Assembly: GCF_006345805.1 (NCBI RefSeq)
Contig: NC_043000.1
Location: 58,032,001-58,096,000 of the forward strand
Length of the DNA stretch: 64,000 nucleotides
From: Octopus sinensis
Taxonomy: Eukaryota
Direction of reading: 5' to 3'
Shown here: one piece after another, positions 15,124 to 28,726 of the stretch
Layout: the number at the start of each line of letters is the position of its first letter
How positions within the stretch are numbered: position 1 is the stretch's first letter
Made by a program: the position numbers and the translations under genes
The notes under the pieces: generated by a model
What the model was told of the DNA's origin: nothing
The model's database searches: none
What the model saw: only the letters and a program-made list of their open reading frames with translations

Positions 15124-15350
15124 TTATATATATATAAAGTTAATCCAAAAAAGAAAGCACAAAAAAACACAACAATGCAAGGACGTGGAACAAATATAGT
15201 ATTATTAGACGCTCTGGAAAGAAGGAAAGAAGGAGGGTTTAATGTTTCGAGCGGAGCTCTTCGTCGGAAACATAAGAGAAGGAAAGATCCAGAGAAGGGA
15301 ACACAGAGGAAAAAAATTTGCCAGCGGTACACACGAGGTCACATTTCCAC
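14870..15350. mobile_element. Penelope-like element remnants with a hammerhead-like motif at 15238-15273 (-)
   Basis: Minus GTTT-CCGACGA-A-GAGC-tcc-GCTC-GAAAC-ATT-AAAC. Confidence 0.55.
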
Positions 15351-15518
15351 CTATATATGTGTATACATATATATATATATATACCTGTACATATATATAT
15401 ACCTATATATATATATACACCTATATATAGATATATACCTATACATATATACCTATATATAGATATATACCTATACATAAATACCTATATATAGATATAT
15501 ACCTATATAATATATATA

Positions 15519-15618
15519 NNNNNNNNNNNNNNNNNNNNNNNNNNNNNNNNNNNNNNNNNNNNNNNNNNNNNNNNNNNNNNNNNNNNNNNNNNNNNNNNNN
15601 NNNNNNNNNNNNNNNNNN
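15519..15618. other. Scaffold gap (100 N) within TA-rich microsatellite
   Basis: Exactly 100 N. Confidence 1.
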
Positions 15619-15863
15619 TATATATATATATATATATATATCCATATATATATATATATCCATATATATATATATATATATACATATATCCATATAGATA
15701 TATATATATATATATATAGTCCAATATATATATATACAAATATATATAGATATATATATATATAATATCCTATATAATATATATATATATATATATATCC
15801 ATCTATATTTAATCTGTATCCACATATATATATATATATATCCATATATATATATATATATAT

Positions 15864-16052
15864 AAGAATTTTTTGTGTAATGAGATAAAACCACGGCTGT
15901 GTAGATATTAGAACATTTATAGATAGAAGGTCTTACAGCTGTTTCCAGGATATAATTGATAAATATCCTGGAAACAGCTGTAAGACAATCTATTTATAAA
16001 TGTTTTAATATGTACACAGCCTTGGTTTTATCTCATTACGCAAAAAATTCTT
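15864..16052. repeat. 189-bp near-perfect palindrome (90-bp arms, 9-nt loop)
   Basis: Arms 15864-15953 and 15963-16052 are reverse complements with 7 differences. Loop aattgataa. Confidence 0.95.
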
Positions 16053-16218
16053 ATATATACACGCTGACATATGACCAACGTTGAACCCCTTATTCACTAA
16101 ATTACTGAACCTGGAACTTAACTAAGGTCTGTCTATAGCACTTATTCAGCATTACATGACACCTTTGGGTCTCAGTGACACCATTATCTCTCATAACCTC
16201 TCTGTGTGTCTCTCTCTC

Positions 16219-16800
16219 TGGCGTTAGGAAGGGATCCAGCTGTAGAAACATTGCCAAATCAGACTGGGCCTGGTGCAGCCTTCTGGCTTCCCAGACCCCA
16301 GTTGCACCAACCCATGCCAGCATGGAAAGCGGACGCTAAACGATGATGATGATGATGATGATAGTGCCACCTTGACTGGCTTCTGTGCCGGTGGCACGTG
16401 ACCTGCTGTGCTTGAGAAGACCTATTGAGTCAAGTACATCAACATCAAAATAAATATCAAATGGAAACTGTAGTTGTGATACATGTGCCGGTGGCACGTA
16501 AAAAGCACCATCCGAACATGGCCGATGCCAGCACCGCCTTGACTGGCTTCTGTGCCGGTGGGACGTAAAAAGCACCAACCAATCATGACCGCTGCTAGCC
16601 TCCCCTGGCACCTGTGCTGGTGACATCTAAAAAGCACCCACTACACTCACGGAGTGGTTGGCATTAGGAAGGGCATCCAACTGTAGAAACACTGCCAGAT
16701 CAGACTGGAGCCTGGTGCAGCCTCCTGGCTTCCGAAACCCTGGTTGAACCGTCGAACCCGTGCTAGCATGGAAAACGGACGTTAAATGATGATGATGATA
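16219..16800 (+). mobile_element. Two tandem RTE 3' tails, the second carrying ggtggcacgtaaaagcacc repeats
   Basis: Both end in ...atggaaa(a/g)cggacg(c/t)taaa(c/t)gatgatgat. Confidence 0.85.
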
Positions 16801-17415
16801 TATATACACACATATATATATATATGATTGATTGATTGATTCTAGTTTCAGCTTATGAGCTGTGGCCATACATATATATATGTATACATATAGTATCAAT
16901 ACACATATAAGTATACATATACACATATATGTACACAAAGACACACACATACTCACCACATATACATATTTTTTCTTATATAGAATTAAGGATAAAATCA
17001 CTTTAAAAGATTCATTATGTGGCAAGCGTGAAATAAAAACCTTGTAGGTAACATTTTATACTAAGTTTGTAATTATATCGATAATTAAATAAAGGGTGCA
17101 GATTTACTACACCCCAACACTATAAATAGACATGAAATTTCTCCAAACACCACCTCACTGCTCCATTACCCCATGTAATGAGGCAGATCAAAAAAATAAG
17201 GAAGACATTTAGATTAATTGTATATGGAATGATTTGAAATTTTAATGTTATGAAAACATGTTATCTTCCAGTACAAATGTCACAGCATCTACACACAAAT
17301 ATTTATAGATACCCATACAAGCATCCTATTCACTGGACCATATATATACATTTGCCCATATATTACTACAAAGAATCCCATTTATCTTCTCATCTCAACC
17401 ACATGCATTTTTTAT

Positions 17416-17464
<49 letters not shown>

Positions 17465-18224
17465 TATATATTACACTCATATATATATATATAATTATAT
17501 ATACATATATATATAGACACACACACACATATATTATATATATATATATGTATATCTGTATACAGATATATATATAACACACACATATATATACACATAT
17601 ATTTATTATTCACACACACACATATATATATATGATTGATTGATTGATTCTAGTTTCAGCTTATGAGCTGTGGCCATACATATATATATGTATACATATA
17701 TGTATATATACACATATAAGTATACATATACACATATATGTACACAAAGACACACACATACTCACACATATACATATTTTTTCTTTATATAGAATTAAGG
17801 ATAAAATCACTTTAAAGATTTCATTATGTGGCAAGCGTGAAATAAAAACCTTGTAGGTAACATTTTATACTAAGTTTGTAATTATATCGATAATTAAATT
17901 AAAGGGTGCAGATTTACTACACCCCAACACTATAAATAGACATGAAATTTCTCCAAAAACCACCTCACTGCTCCATTACCCCATGTAATGAGGCAGATCA
18001 AAAAAATAAGGAAGACATTTAGATTAATTGTATATGGAATGATTTGAAATTTTAATGTTATGAAAACATGTTATCTTCAGTACAATATGTCACAGCATAT
18101 ACACACAAATATTTATAGATACCCATACAAGCATCCTATTCACTGGACCATATACATACATTTGCCCATATATACTACAAAGAATCCCATTTATCTTCTC
18201 ATCTCAACCACATGCATTTTTTAT

Positions 18225-18271
<47 letters not shown>

Positions 18272-18440
18272 TTATATATACACTCATATATATATATATA
18301 ATTATATATACATATATATATAGACACACACACAATATATATATATATATATATATATGTATATCTGTATACAGATATATATATACACACACACATATAT
18401 ATACACATATATTTATTTATTCACACACACACATTATATA
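16801..18440. repeat. Tandem duplication, unit ~820 bp (16801-17620 and 17621-18440)
   Basis: Unique sequence (gattctagtttcagcttatgagctgtggcc...ctcatctcaaccacatgc) occurs twice. Differences are mostly 1-bp indels and microsatellite length. Confidence 0.95.
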
Positions 18441-18489
18441 TATGTATATATATATATACATATATACATATATGTGTAAAATTTATATA

Positions 18490-18523
<34 letters not shown>

Positions 18524-19249
18524 TATAATATATATATATATATACATACACATGCATTCACAAAATAAATGCTGGTTATTACCAGCAGTAATAAAGATAT
18601 CTTTTAACTTGGCCCAAGAGCACTTATTTCTTAAAACAGATGGCATTACATGGAAGATGTGCAGTATTATAATGTTTCCTTCATTTACCAACAAATATAG
18701 AACCACAGAGATAAAAAGACTAAATTGATCTTAGTGATATTTGAAATCTAGCACTTGCTGGATGCCAAAGGAATCACTTCAAAATCATAATAGTGGAAAG
18801 ATTAATGATTTGCAACATAAGCACATTGCCACATATTTGGGAAACTAATGAAAATTATATCTATTATTTTGTATCTCAAGAGGATCATTATGCTAATAAA
18901 CACATGCACTGATTCAATTTCACTTCTTTCTTATTCATCTGTTGGTTAAATAGCTACCTAACTGACTAATTGATTTTTTGATTAATTATTCAGTAAAACA
19001 ATGAATCAGTTGTGTTTGCCAAAATTCTTTTGTTGCCATTCACAGAACCTTTAATGACATGCCTTCTCTGCTACCAGTCTGCCTTGATTAAATGATTGAG
19101 TGATTAAATGAATGATTAATCAAACAATTGATTAGTTCATTGGTTAAATAGCTAAACAATTGATGAACAATAAGAAAGTGAAGTTGAAGCAGCATGTGTG
19201 TGTTTATTATTGGCACAATGACTTTCCCAAGAGACAATAAAATCTGTTT

Positions 19250-19672
19250 CATGGTCTCAAAAATTTGTCCTACGAAGAAAGGCTGAGGACGCTCGACCTT
19301 TATTCTCTTGAAAAACGCCGCCACCGTGGTGATCTCATTCTCGCCCACATCATAAGCGGGAAGTGTAACCTCTCGAAAGAGCTGTTCTTCACTCCTGCTC
19401 CGGAGCGTCGGCTGCGGGGTCATTCCGAAAAGCTCTACCTGCGACGATTTCATCTCAATCGAAGGAGAGGAGCTTTCTCCGTCCGGGTTGCGGATCCATG
19501 GAACAAGCTGCCAGACGAGATGGTGAAGATGCCGACGACCGCTTTGTTCAAAGCCTCCCTGGACCTCAAGTGGCCTGAACTCTTTACATGAACACCACCC
19601 TGTACTTAACTCCATGTCCCCCTACATGGCCTTGCTATTTGCTTTTGAGCCAAATTAACTAACTAACTAACT
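19250..19672 (+). mobile_element. Young 5'-truncated CR1-type LINE
   Basis: Open frame 19265-19591 SYEERLRTLDLYSLEKRRHRGDLI...RGHSEKL...RRGAFSVRVADPWNKLPDEMV...FKASLD is the CR1 C-terminus. CpG-rich. (AACT)n tail at 19657-19672. Confidence 0.92.
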
Positions 19673-19764
19673 ATATCAAGAATCTTGCAAACAAAACACA
19701 AACATAATATTTATCATTGTTTGGAGATTTCAATTCACACTACGATTAAAACTAAATGCCAAAT

Positions 19765-21015
19765 AATCCTTTCTGCTAAAGGCACAAGGCCTGAGATTTT
19801 GTGGGGAGTGGATTAGTCAATTACACTGACCCAAGTGCTCAACTGGTACTTAATTTATTAATCCAGAAAAGACGAACAGCAAAGTTGACCTCTGTGGAAT
19901 TTGAACTCGGAACAGAAAGACATGAAAAGCCGCTAAGCATTTTATCCAGCATGTTAATGACTCTATCAGCTCACCACCTTTAAATATCAAATAATCTTGG
20001 CAGAAGACCAACAATTTTGAGGTAGAGGTAAGTCAATTACATTGACTCTAATGCTTAACTGGTACTTACTTTATAGACCCCAAAACAATGACAGGGAAAG
20101 CTCACCTCAGCAAAATTTTAACTCGGAACACTGAGCCAGAAGAAATGCTGCAAAACATCTTATCAAATGTGCTAGTGATTCTACCAGCTTCCACTTTATG
20201 ATATTGGTTTCAAATTTTGGCATAAGGCCAATAATTTTCGAAGAGTGAGATAGTCAATTAATACACTCCACTTATTTGACTGGTACTTTATTTTACTGAC
20301 TCCTGAAAGAATGAAAGGCAATGCTGACCCCAACAAGATTTGAACTCAGAATGTAAAGAGCCACAAAAAAGCCCCACTAAACACCACTAACAATTATTTC
20401 TACTATAGGCACAAAGGCTGGAAGTTTGTGGGAGGGTGGCTAATCGATTATGATCCTGAAAACATGAAAGGCAAAGTTGGCCATGGCGAAATTTGAACTT
20501 AGAAAGCATAAAGCTAGAAGGAATGTTGCTAAGCATTCTGTCAAGTGTGCTAACAACTTTGCCAGCTTGCCTCCTTAATAATAATAATAATAATCATTTC
20601 TACTAAAGGCACAAGGCCTGAAATTTTGGTGGGAGGGGACTAATCGATTACATCGACTCCAGTTTTTCACTGATACTTAATTTATCGACCTCAAAAGAAT
20701 AAAAGGCAAATTTGACCTCAGAACATAGAGACGGGCAAAATAGCATTGAACATTTTGAGCGGTACACTGACAATTCTGCCAGCCCACCACCTAGTAATAA
20801 TGGTTTCAAATTTTGGCACAAGCTCAGCAGCTTTGGGGAAGGGCTAAATCGATTATATCGACTCTAGTGTTCAACTGGTACTTATTTTATCGAACCTGAA
20901 AGGATGACAAGCAAAGTCGACCCCCGACGGAATTTGAACTCAGAACGTAAAGACGGACGAAATGCCGCCCAGCATTTTGCCCGGCATGCCAACGATTTTG
21001 CCAGCTAAGTCACCT
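19765..21015 (-). mobile_element. Head-to-tail array of ~6 SINE B copies
   Basis: Repeated aaggcacaaggcctgaaatt...tggtactt...gaatttgaactc...gccagc units with (AAT)n spacers. Confidence 0.88.
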
Positions 21016-24000
21016 TAATGACGATAACAACATCATTTCTGATTCGTTCTTTTCGATACCAGTCAAATACATGGATCGATTTCATCGATTATACCCTTCC
21101 CTTATAATTTATGACATTCTGCCTACGTTATAAATTAATATTTGGCATTTTGTTACGTCCCTTTACGTTTCCAATTCAAATCACTCCAGGATTGACTTTC
21201 AACAATCATGGGTAGATAAAAGAAGCAACAATTATATATATGTACTAGAAATCGATTCAGCTGACTTATACCCGTTCCCAGAATGTGTAGCTTTGTGACA
21301 ATGTTGAGAAATTGTCATCTTGTGGTTTTTGTTTCCTCTTTGTAACCTCATTCGAGGCCCTTGTGGCAAATAATAAAATCCTGTTATTATCATTATTATA
21401 ATTATTATTATCATTATCATGATCGTTCTCTTTTGAAACTGAGAAAGAAAGAGGAAGGAGTGGACGCTGAAGTGACTACGATAGTAATGATGATGATCAC
21501 GAATACAATGATGACAGCAGTTATTAAAAGAGACAGCAAAGAATACGAGGTATTTCATCAATTCCGATGTAAATTTCCAGGTGCCTTGTATAATTTACCA
21601 AAAAAATTTATTACACACACAAAGAAAAGAGAAAATTTTTTTTAAGAAATCATTCAGCAAAATCCCAAAAGCTGACAAGTGAGTAAAACTGACTGACAGG
21701 AAACAGAATCTCAATTAAATTGTAAGACGTAATCAAAATATATAAACTCATGTGACCAAATTTATCTAGATTGATTTCGCAAGACCCTTTGACGAAACCT
21801 GATATCAATATGATTTTTAATATTAATATATAATAATAATGATAATAATAACTCACCTTTTTTCTTTAATATAATGAATTAACAAAATCGTTACAATTTC
21901 TCTGCTTCCAGTGTGAGGAAGGTTATACATATTAATCAAATGCATATATATATATATATATATATATATGATTTCCAGAAAAGCAGGAGGGTAGGGAAAA
22001 ACTTATGGAATGATATTTGTGAATTCTTTCTTTCAAATATGTAGAAGATCAAATTTCGAGTATAATAATAATAATCAAGAGATTGAAAACCACCGGCACA
22101 GTTCGAACTCAAAATCGAGAGGGGAGAAATTACAAAAAATTAGTTTGCTTTTTTTTTTTTTTTTTTTTTCAAAGGAGAGTGGGAGATTGGAAAGTAAACG
22201 TTTGGAAAGAATATTAGTGACAGAAAAGAAGATGAGTAGCATCAATTAGAAATTGATACTGGAGCTAAAATTTGTCCGACACAATAATCTCAGCCATCTC
22301 CAACAAGTAAAGAATCATAATAATGAGTGATGTAAATATTTAAAATATAATTTATTTCATTGAATATGCACATGAAATAATGCATATATTACAATTAAGT
22401 AGATGGATAGCTATGAATGAATGAATGGTATAATAATAAATGATGTAATAAACTATTTAGAAAAGGAAAAAAAACACTCTAACGTTGGGCAGTATACTTC
22501 TTAAAATTCGTGTGAATGAGTGAATCTTCCATATAAACCTAAACTGAAGGATCAGTTCAGTCACTCGGATCGAAGACAAGCCTAGCCATTCTTATAATCT
22601 TTAAAAAGCAAAAAAAAAAAAAAAAAAAAAAGTTTTCCGGTAGCCCATCTTTTCCATTCTATATCTCTCAAAGCGTAGCGATTTCTTACAACGACACAAG
22701 ATCGACTTCGGTAGTTGATTTATAATCTACTGAACTCTTACTAATATTTAATTTATATACCCCCAGAGGAATGTGAATTCGAAATCAAGAACAAAACTAC
22801 GAAGTATTTTGTTGTCTCAGTGCTGGAACAAAATAATTTCTTCTTTATAAATAAATCATTCGGGCGCAAAATAATTCATGTAATGATGTGTATTCAATGA
22901 TGAAAGCCTATAAATATTGTACTGTTTTAATTTCTGGAAAAATGAAATACTGGGATTCAGTTCCTGAGGATGAAAATGTAAATGCAAGCTTTAAATAAGC
23001 TTTAAGTGAAAGCTTTAAATAAGAGCGAAATATATTTATGTACCTGGTCATTCTTTGTATTGAAAATATTGAGAAAACGTTCTTTCATTATACAACTAAT
23101 ACAAAATCCTGAAAGAACGATTCTGTAAGATTTGAAAAGCTGTTGCTTCATTTTTAAGGATGAAAATGCCATTCCACATAGAAACATGTATGTATACACT
23201 AATATTTGTGGACCGAATTCAAAACTTTGAGATAAATCGAAAAAGTACAACACTTAAACTTTCACTGCTTCATACAAACTATTTTCATTAAAGAAAGTGA
23301 AAGATTTGTAATGTTTTCAATACTGAATGCATACATACTGTCATTACTTCGCCTGGGTATCGACTGAACTGTCGACATACTATCTAAGCTTAATAATAGT
23401 TATAACAGTAAAAAAATGAATACATTAAAAGAAAATTATAAACAGAAAATAGATGTTAACATTTCGTCATCTGGATTTATGGACCGACGAACAGTTGGGT
23501 AAAAAGTGACGTTTTCTGGAGAATTCGATAAACCAATATAAAATCTTTCCAGACAATTTTCGAGCGGGGATAAATAGATAAAAACGAACAAAAGGTTTAC
23601 TGCGAACTGAATAAGAATTAAGAAGCGAATAATGAACAGCACACCTTTTCTTCATCTCTTACAAAATGGTTTGTTTATTTAATGAAGGAAGAATGTTCCG
23701 TAGCGGATACACCTGCTTCTTTAGCGAATTTGTGGAAGAAAAAAAAAGGGCAGCATGGTTTTTGTTTTTTTCTTCTTCATTTACAATATCGGTATCATTT
23801 AAGGAAAAGATATAGAGATGAAATAAAGCAGTCGTTCTTTGAAATATCCTAACTCATTAATAAGCATTAATAATGTGTGTATGCGTGTTTTCAATATATA
23901 CTCACCTGTGTTGTACGTATACATCACATATAATCTCGCGCTTCGTACAGACTTATACTCATATATCCTATTGCTATTCACAGGAAAGAACCTCCTGACA

Positions 24001-27000
24001 CTTATAGTAGGGTTGGTCAGACCTGTTGTTCCTTTTAGTCATGAGTAAACAACCCTAAATTGGAAGCGAGACATTTTTGGAAGGTTTTCTGACGTGATCT
24101 ACTTACATACCTTTATGGTGCTCCTTAGCAAAGAGAAGCTACTGGAAAGACTAATGAGATATGAATGATGAGTTATTCTTCAATAATCAATCACCAATAG
24201 ATAAATATAAATTCCCAATAGGTAAATAGTAATGATTTCTATTGCCTAGTCACAAGACATATCTGTAAAGAAGGACAGTTACAGAGTGGAACTGGATGAT
24301 TTACTTTCCTTATAGCTGGTTCAGATCCCTGAGGGTCACTTTACCTTTTCATTCCTCCAAATAAATTATCTACTAACAGAACACTATAAAACCCTCTACT
24401 GTGTGTACTATCAACACTTGCCCCGATTCAGAAATTATGAGTTCTTACTATGAGACAATGCAACACTTGTATATTCGATTGAATGCCTTCCAATAGTTGC
24501 CTAGTATTTTATTTCATTAATTTCAGACGAATGAAAGCGAAAGTTAATCCCAGTAAGAACTGAATTCAAACTTTGAATAATGAAACTAAACACCAGCAAG
24601 CATTTACTAGGGGTACGCAACCATGCCTGTCATACTAACGGCTGATAATTTTGGCACAAGGCCACAAATCTATATGGAAAGAATAAAATCGATTAAACCA
24701 ATACCACTACTCCAGCGGGATTTGAACTCGGGACATAAAAGAATGTATCTAAACGCTGAAAGTATGCAATCCAATACTATACTGTTTCTACCACGAAGTT
24801 CCAAAATTACAGGTGAGACTATAAGGGTGGAGACGTCCTATTCTTTAAAAAAAAATATTAATGAGGTAGTGATTCGAACTTTGAACCAAAGTCGGGTTGT
24901 CGCCTCAGTAAATTGGGAACTTACACTTTATCCACTATTATAAGTGATTTCGGTCCAAGACTCTTTAAGGGAAAACCAAGTGGAGAGTTGTGACGACACA
25001 ACTAAGTGCAGTGCAACCACTTCATCGAGAATCGAAACCGGCTCACAGAATCGATATACTGGGTACTTATCTTTTTCCCAATAGTGCTCGTCAGTTATAA
25101 TACATAATTCTTTTTTTTTTTAATTTGATGCAAATGCAGAAAAACGAAACAAAACAAAAAACCCAAAGAACCTAAAATAAGTGTATATGGACAATGTAGA
25201 AAAGGTTACCATGGATATAACATTCTGTTCCCCTCCCCCATTCAATTAAGAGCAAGAGAAGATAGAAGATATTGTGATCGCTCTCTTTATCTCTTCCCAT
25301 ATGATCAGATTCAAAAACAACAAATTATCTAATATACATATGTTTATATGTATACAGAAAGGTGTTTATGTTTTGATGTGGTAGATAAACTGAAGAGAGA
25401 GAGATTTTCAGTAACATAGATTAATGAGATTAAAGCTAATAAAGCAAGTTTGCAAGGTATGTTTGCTTGGCATCATTCTTCGACAGCTGCAGCATTTTTA
25501 TTTCTTCACACTTTTAAAAGACGTTAATAAATAAGTGGAAGCCTACGATTTATATAGTTTAGATACAAACGCGAAATATAGTGGGTAGTTACTGCAGCTA
25601 GAATTAAGGGAAACGAAGTAAATAGAAGTAAATACATCATCACTCGTTTGCTATTTAAGATTGTCATTAACAATTTATAATGAGCATTAATTGCTGAAAA
25701 TTGGTTGGGGAAATAATAGAAAAGAAGAGAAAGAGTAGAGAGAGATGCTGTAATACGTAAGTTATGGATGACAAGGAAATCGGGGATCACAATATGAAAT
25801 ATATTACTTTGGAGATTGGACCCTGTTTTTGTAGCCATTCTTCGATTAGTAAGTGATATTTGAAAAACAGTTTAAGATATTGAATCGAAGAGAAGAAGAA
25901 ATGGCGGAAGAAGGATGAGATTTAAAATTTATTTTTTAAAAAATTGAAAAAAAGACGAAAAGCGATAAAACAAGCACAATACGAAAAGGTTAGAGTGAAA
26001 CTAGAAAGAAAGAATTAGCCACATATCAAAGAGTAGAAGGGAAAAAAATCTGTGAATGACCAACCAAGAACTGGAACGGCTGTTTTCTCCATTAAGGATA
26101 GACTGCCATTATGTCTAAAACCCAGGTGGAGGTGGGAATGTGATAATATTCTTCAGTAAGCAGTGGTAATCTTTATCATAGACTGCAAAGAAGAGAGGCG
26201 GACACTTGTTACTGCTCTCTGTACTGTTATTACACTATTCTTCACGCGCACAACTACTTTAGATCTTTGGTGCAACTCACAGCAGACTCTCTCTCTCTCT
26301 CTTTCTTTCTTTCTCTCTCTATCTTTCTCTCATCATGATCATTATTATTATTACTTGAAAGTCATTGTTACAAATGATAAATGTATATTAATTAGTTATT
26401 TGGTGCGACTAATAACAGACATATTTGAATCTGGAATTTTTGTCTTTCATATTATACCTACCAGTTGTCTAGAAATAATACTTAAACAGCAGAACCAAAA
26501 GATGCAGTTGAATTTGAAGACTATATCGATAATAACCTAGTGGTAGAATATCTTGATTGTCATGAAACCGGTTCAGTCAGCAAGGTTTAATAGTGGTTTA
26601 AACAGTTTTTGGTAACAGTCACAAGAATATTTACGGTAATAAATGCGCAAGTTAGTCATTAAGGGTCATCATCTCATCTTGTACAATCATCACCATTTAC
26701 TATCGCAGGTGATTAATGGTAAACCTGTTGCAAGTTGACAACTAACAATTTGCCAAACGATAGGTATTAATAGTGGTGGCGGAGATATGACAACGGTAAA
26801 AACGATGATGACTGATCAAACTATACAAATTGATTTCCTTCAAAGGTATATCGCACAAGACTTCAATCAATCAGTCAGTCATAACGGAAAGGCAAATTGA
26901 GATGTTGTGAAGTTTATGCCTTTTCCAATGGCTTGAATGGCACCAATGAAGTGAAATGGCTACAACTAGGAATCGAGAAAAGAAGGTGACATCGATAATA

Positions 27001-27157
27001 ATAATAACATTAAGGTGTTTTTAACGACAATAATAATAAAAGTAATAACAACCATAAAAAGAGCATTAGTGACTTATGAAGAAAATAAACTACCTGAAAT
27101 ATCGATTATCACAAATCGAATATTTAAAGGTTTATTTTCAACAAGAAGAAAATTGCC

Positions 27158-27211
<54 letters not shown>

Positions 27212-27362
27212 GTATGTGTACAGAACATGCACACACTCGATCAAACAAACACGTATGCTAGACGTAGCGTGTTTGACAAACATTTTCATTCATACATAAT
27301 CTATGTCTCTAGTTAAATTACTCTGTACTTTTTTTTTAAATGCCAAAGTTTTAAATAATATG

Positions 27363-27395
<33 letters not shown>

Positions 27396-27813
27396 TAATG
27401 AACAAACATGTATAGTTTCATTTCTCAGCACGAGTGAATATGTAATAACATTTCAAAATATTTACACGTATGTGTATATAAACATTAAAAATGTGTACGT
27501 AGTTACGCACACACATACATTCATACATAGACACATACACACACACTCAATTATAGGTATCATACCGCATCGTCTCATCTCCATCTACTTCTATTTTACT
27601 TACCTACAATGATTTATTTCTCATTTCCTTCTCTACATTTAATTGTGTCGACCCTTGATTTCTTGCACGTTTACACAGCAGGCTCGAAACTATAAATCTC
27701 GAGTTGCAATTTTTTTTTTCTTTTTCTGCAAATTGTTGGTAAATGCCTCCGATTTTCGTCGTTAAGTAAAAATTTCTATATACTCAATACTCCATAATAT
27801 ACATATATATATA

Positions 27814-27873
<60 letters not shown>

Positions 27874-28681
27874 AAGTTACAACAGTCGAAAGACTCGAAA
27901 GCTACAAATCTTAGAAGCGATTTTCTCAACGTTGTAGCTGTTGTTCTTGTTAAAATTTTCGTCTCTCACCTGTCTCACTAAATAATCCACTCAGTGTAAA
28001 TATATAATAATATTTATATTATATATAAATGTGTGTGTGTGTTCTTATACGTTTAGATTCCCGGCCTTAAATCAACATTAAATAAGATAACGGTGCTCTC
28101 ATGACTTGCTTTTTACAATGTTATAACAATTATTATTATCTCTTTCATTCTTCTTTGATTCACTATTTTTCCTCCCCCCTTCTCTCGTTTTTTCTCTCCT
28201 TCTATTTCTTCCTATCGTCCTTTTTTTTTGTTTTTCTTTTTTTTTATCCCACTCACTTTCTGCTCTACTCACGTTGTTTTCTTCCCTCTTCTTCTTTTTC
28301 TTTTTCCCCCTTCTCTTTCCCTTGCGCCTAATTCGGTCGTAGCTTCTTCCTTGTTAGCAGCAGCATCTTTGCTCAATAAATGATAAATGAATAAAATAGT
28401 GCCATGACAACCAGAGATAGTGGTCGATTGTATTCCCGGACCATCACTGAAGGACAGTGAAGATACTGTGACACAGAACGAATAAAGAGGGTGGGGGTTA
28501 GAGAACGAGAGAAGAGAAGCAGGGATAATAGAGGAGGAGAGACAGAAAAAAAGGACAGGACTGCTAAGGAATACTCGCTCTTTAACTAGATATGTATGTA
28601 TAGATAGATGAACTATATATGTTTGATCAAATATATGCGTTTATCATGTATATATGATATTCTATCTAGATTGATATCTTT

Positions 28682-28726
<45 letters not shown>

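Noticed and set aside
19088-19615. 175-aa minus-strand ORF
   Set aside because: It is the antisense frame of the CR1 fragment.
25524-25838. 104-aa hydrophobic ORF with a good Kozak context (MATKTGSNLQ...)
   Set aside because: The strand is pyrimidine-skewed, which yields F/L/S-rich stop-poor frames by chance. No recognisable domain.
26460-26900. Protein-like short frames on both strands (AEPKDAVEFEDYIDNNLVVEYLD; GINSGGGDMTTVKTMM; VIIDIVFKFNCIFW)
   Set aside because: Conflicting strands, weak splice sites and no homology. Cannot be resolved without RNA data.
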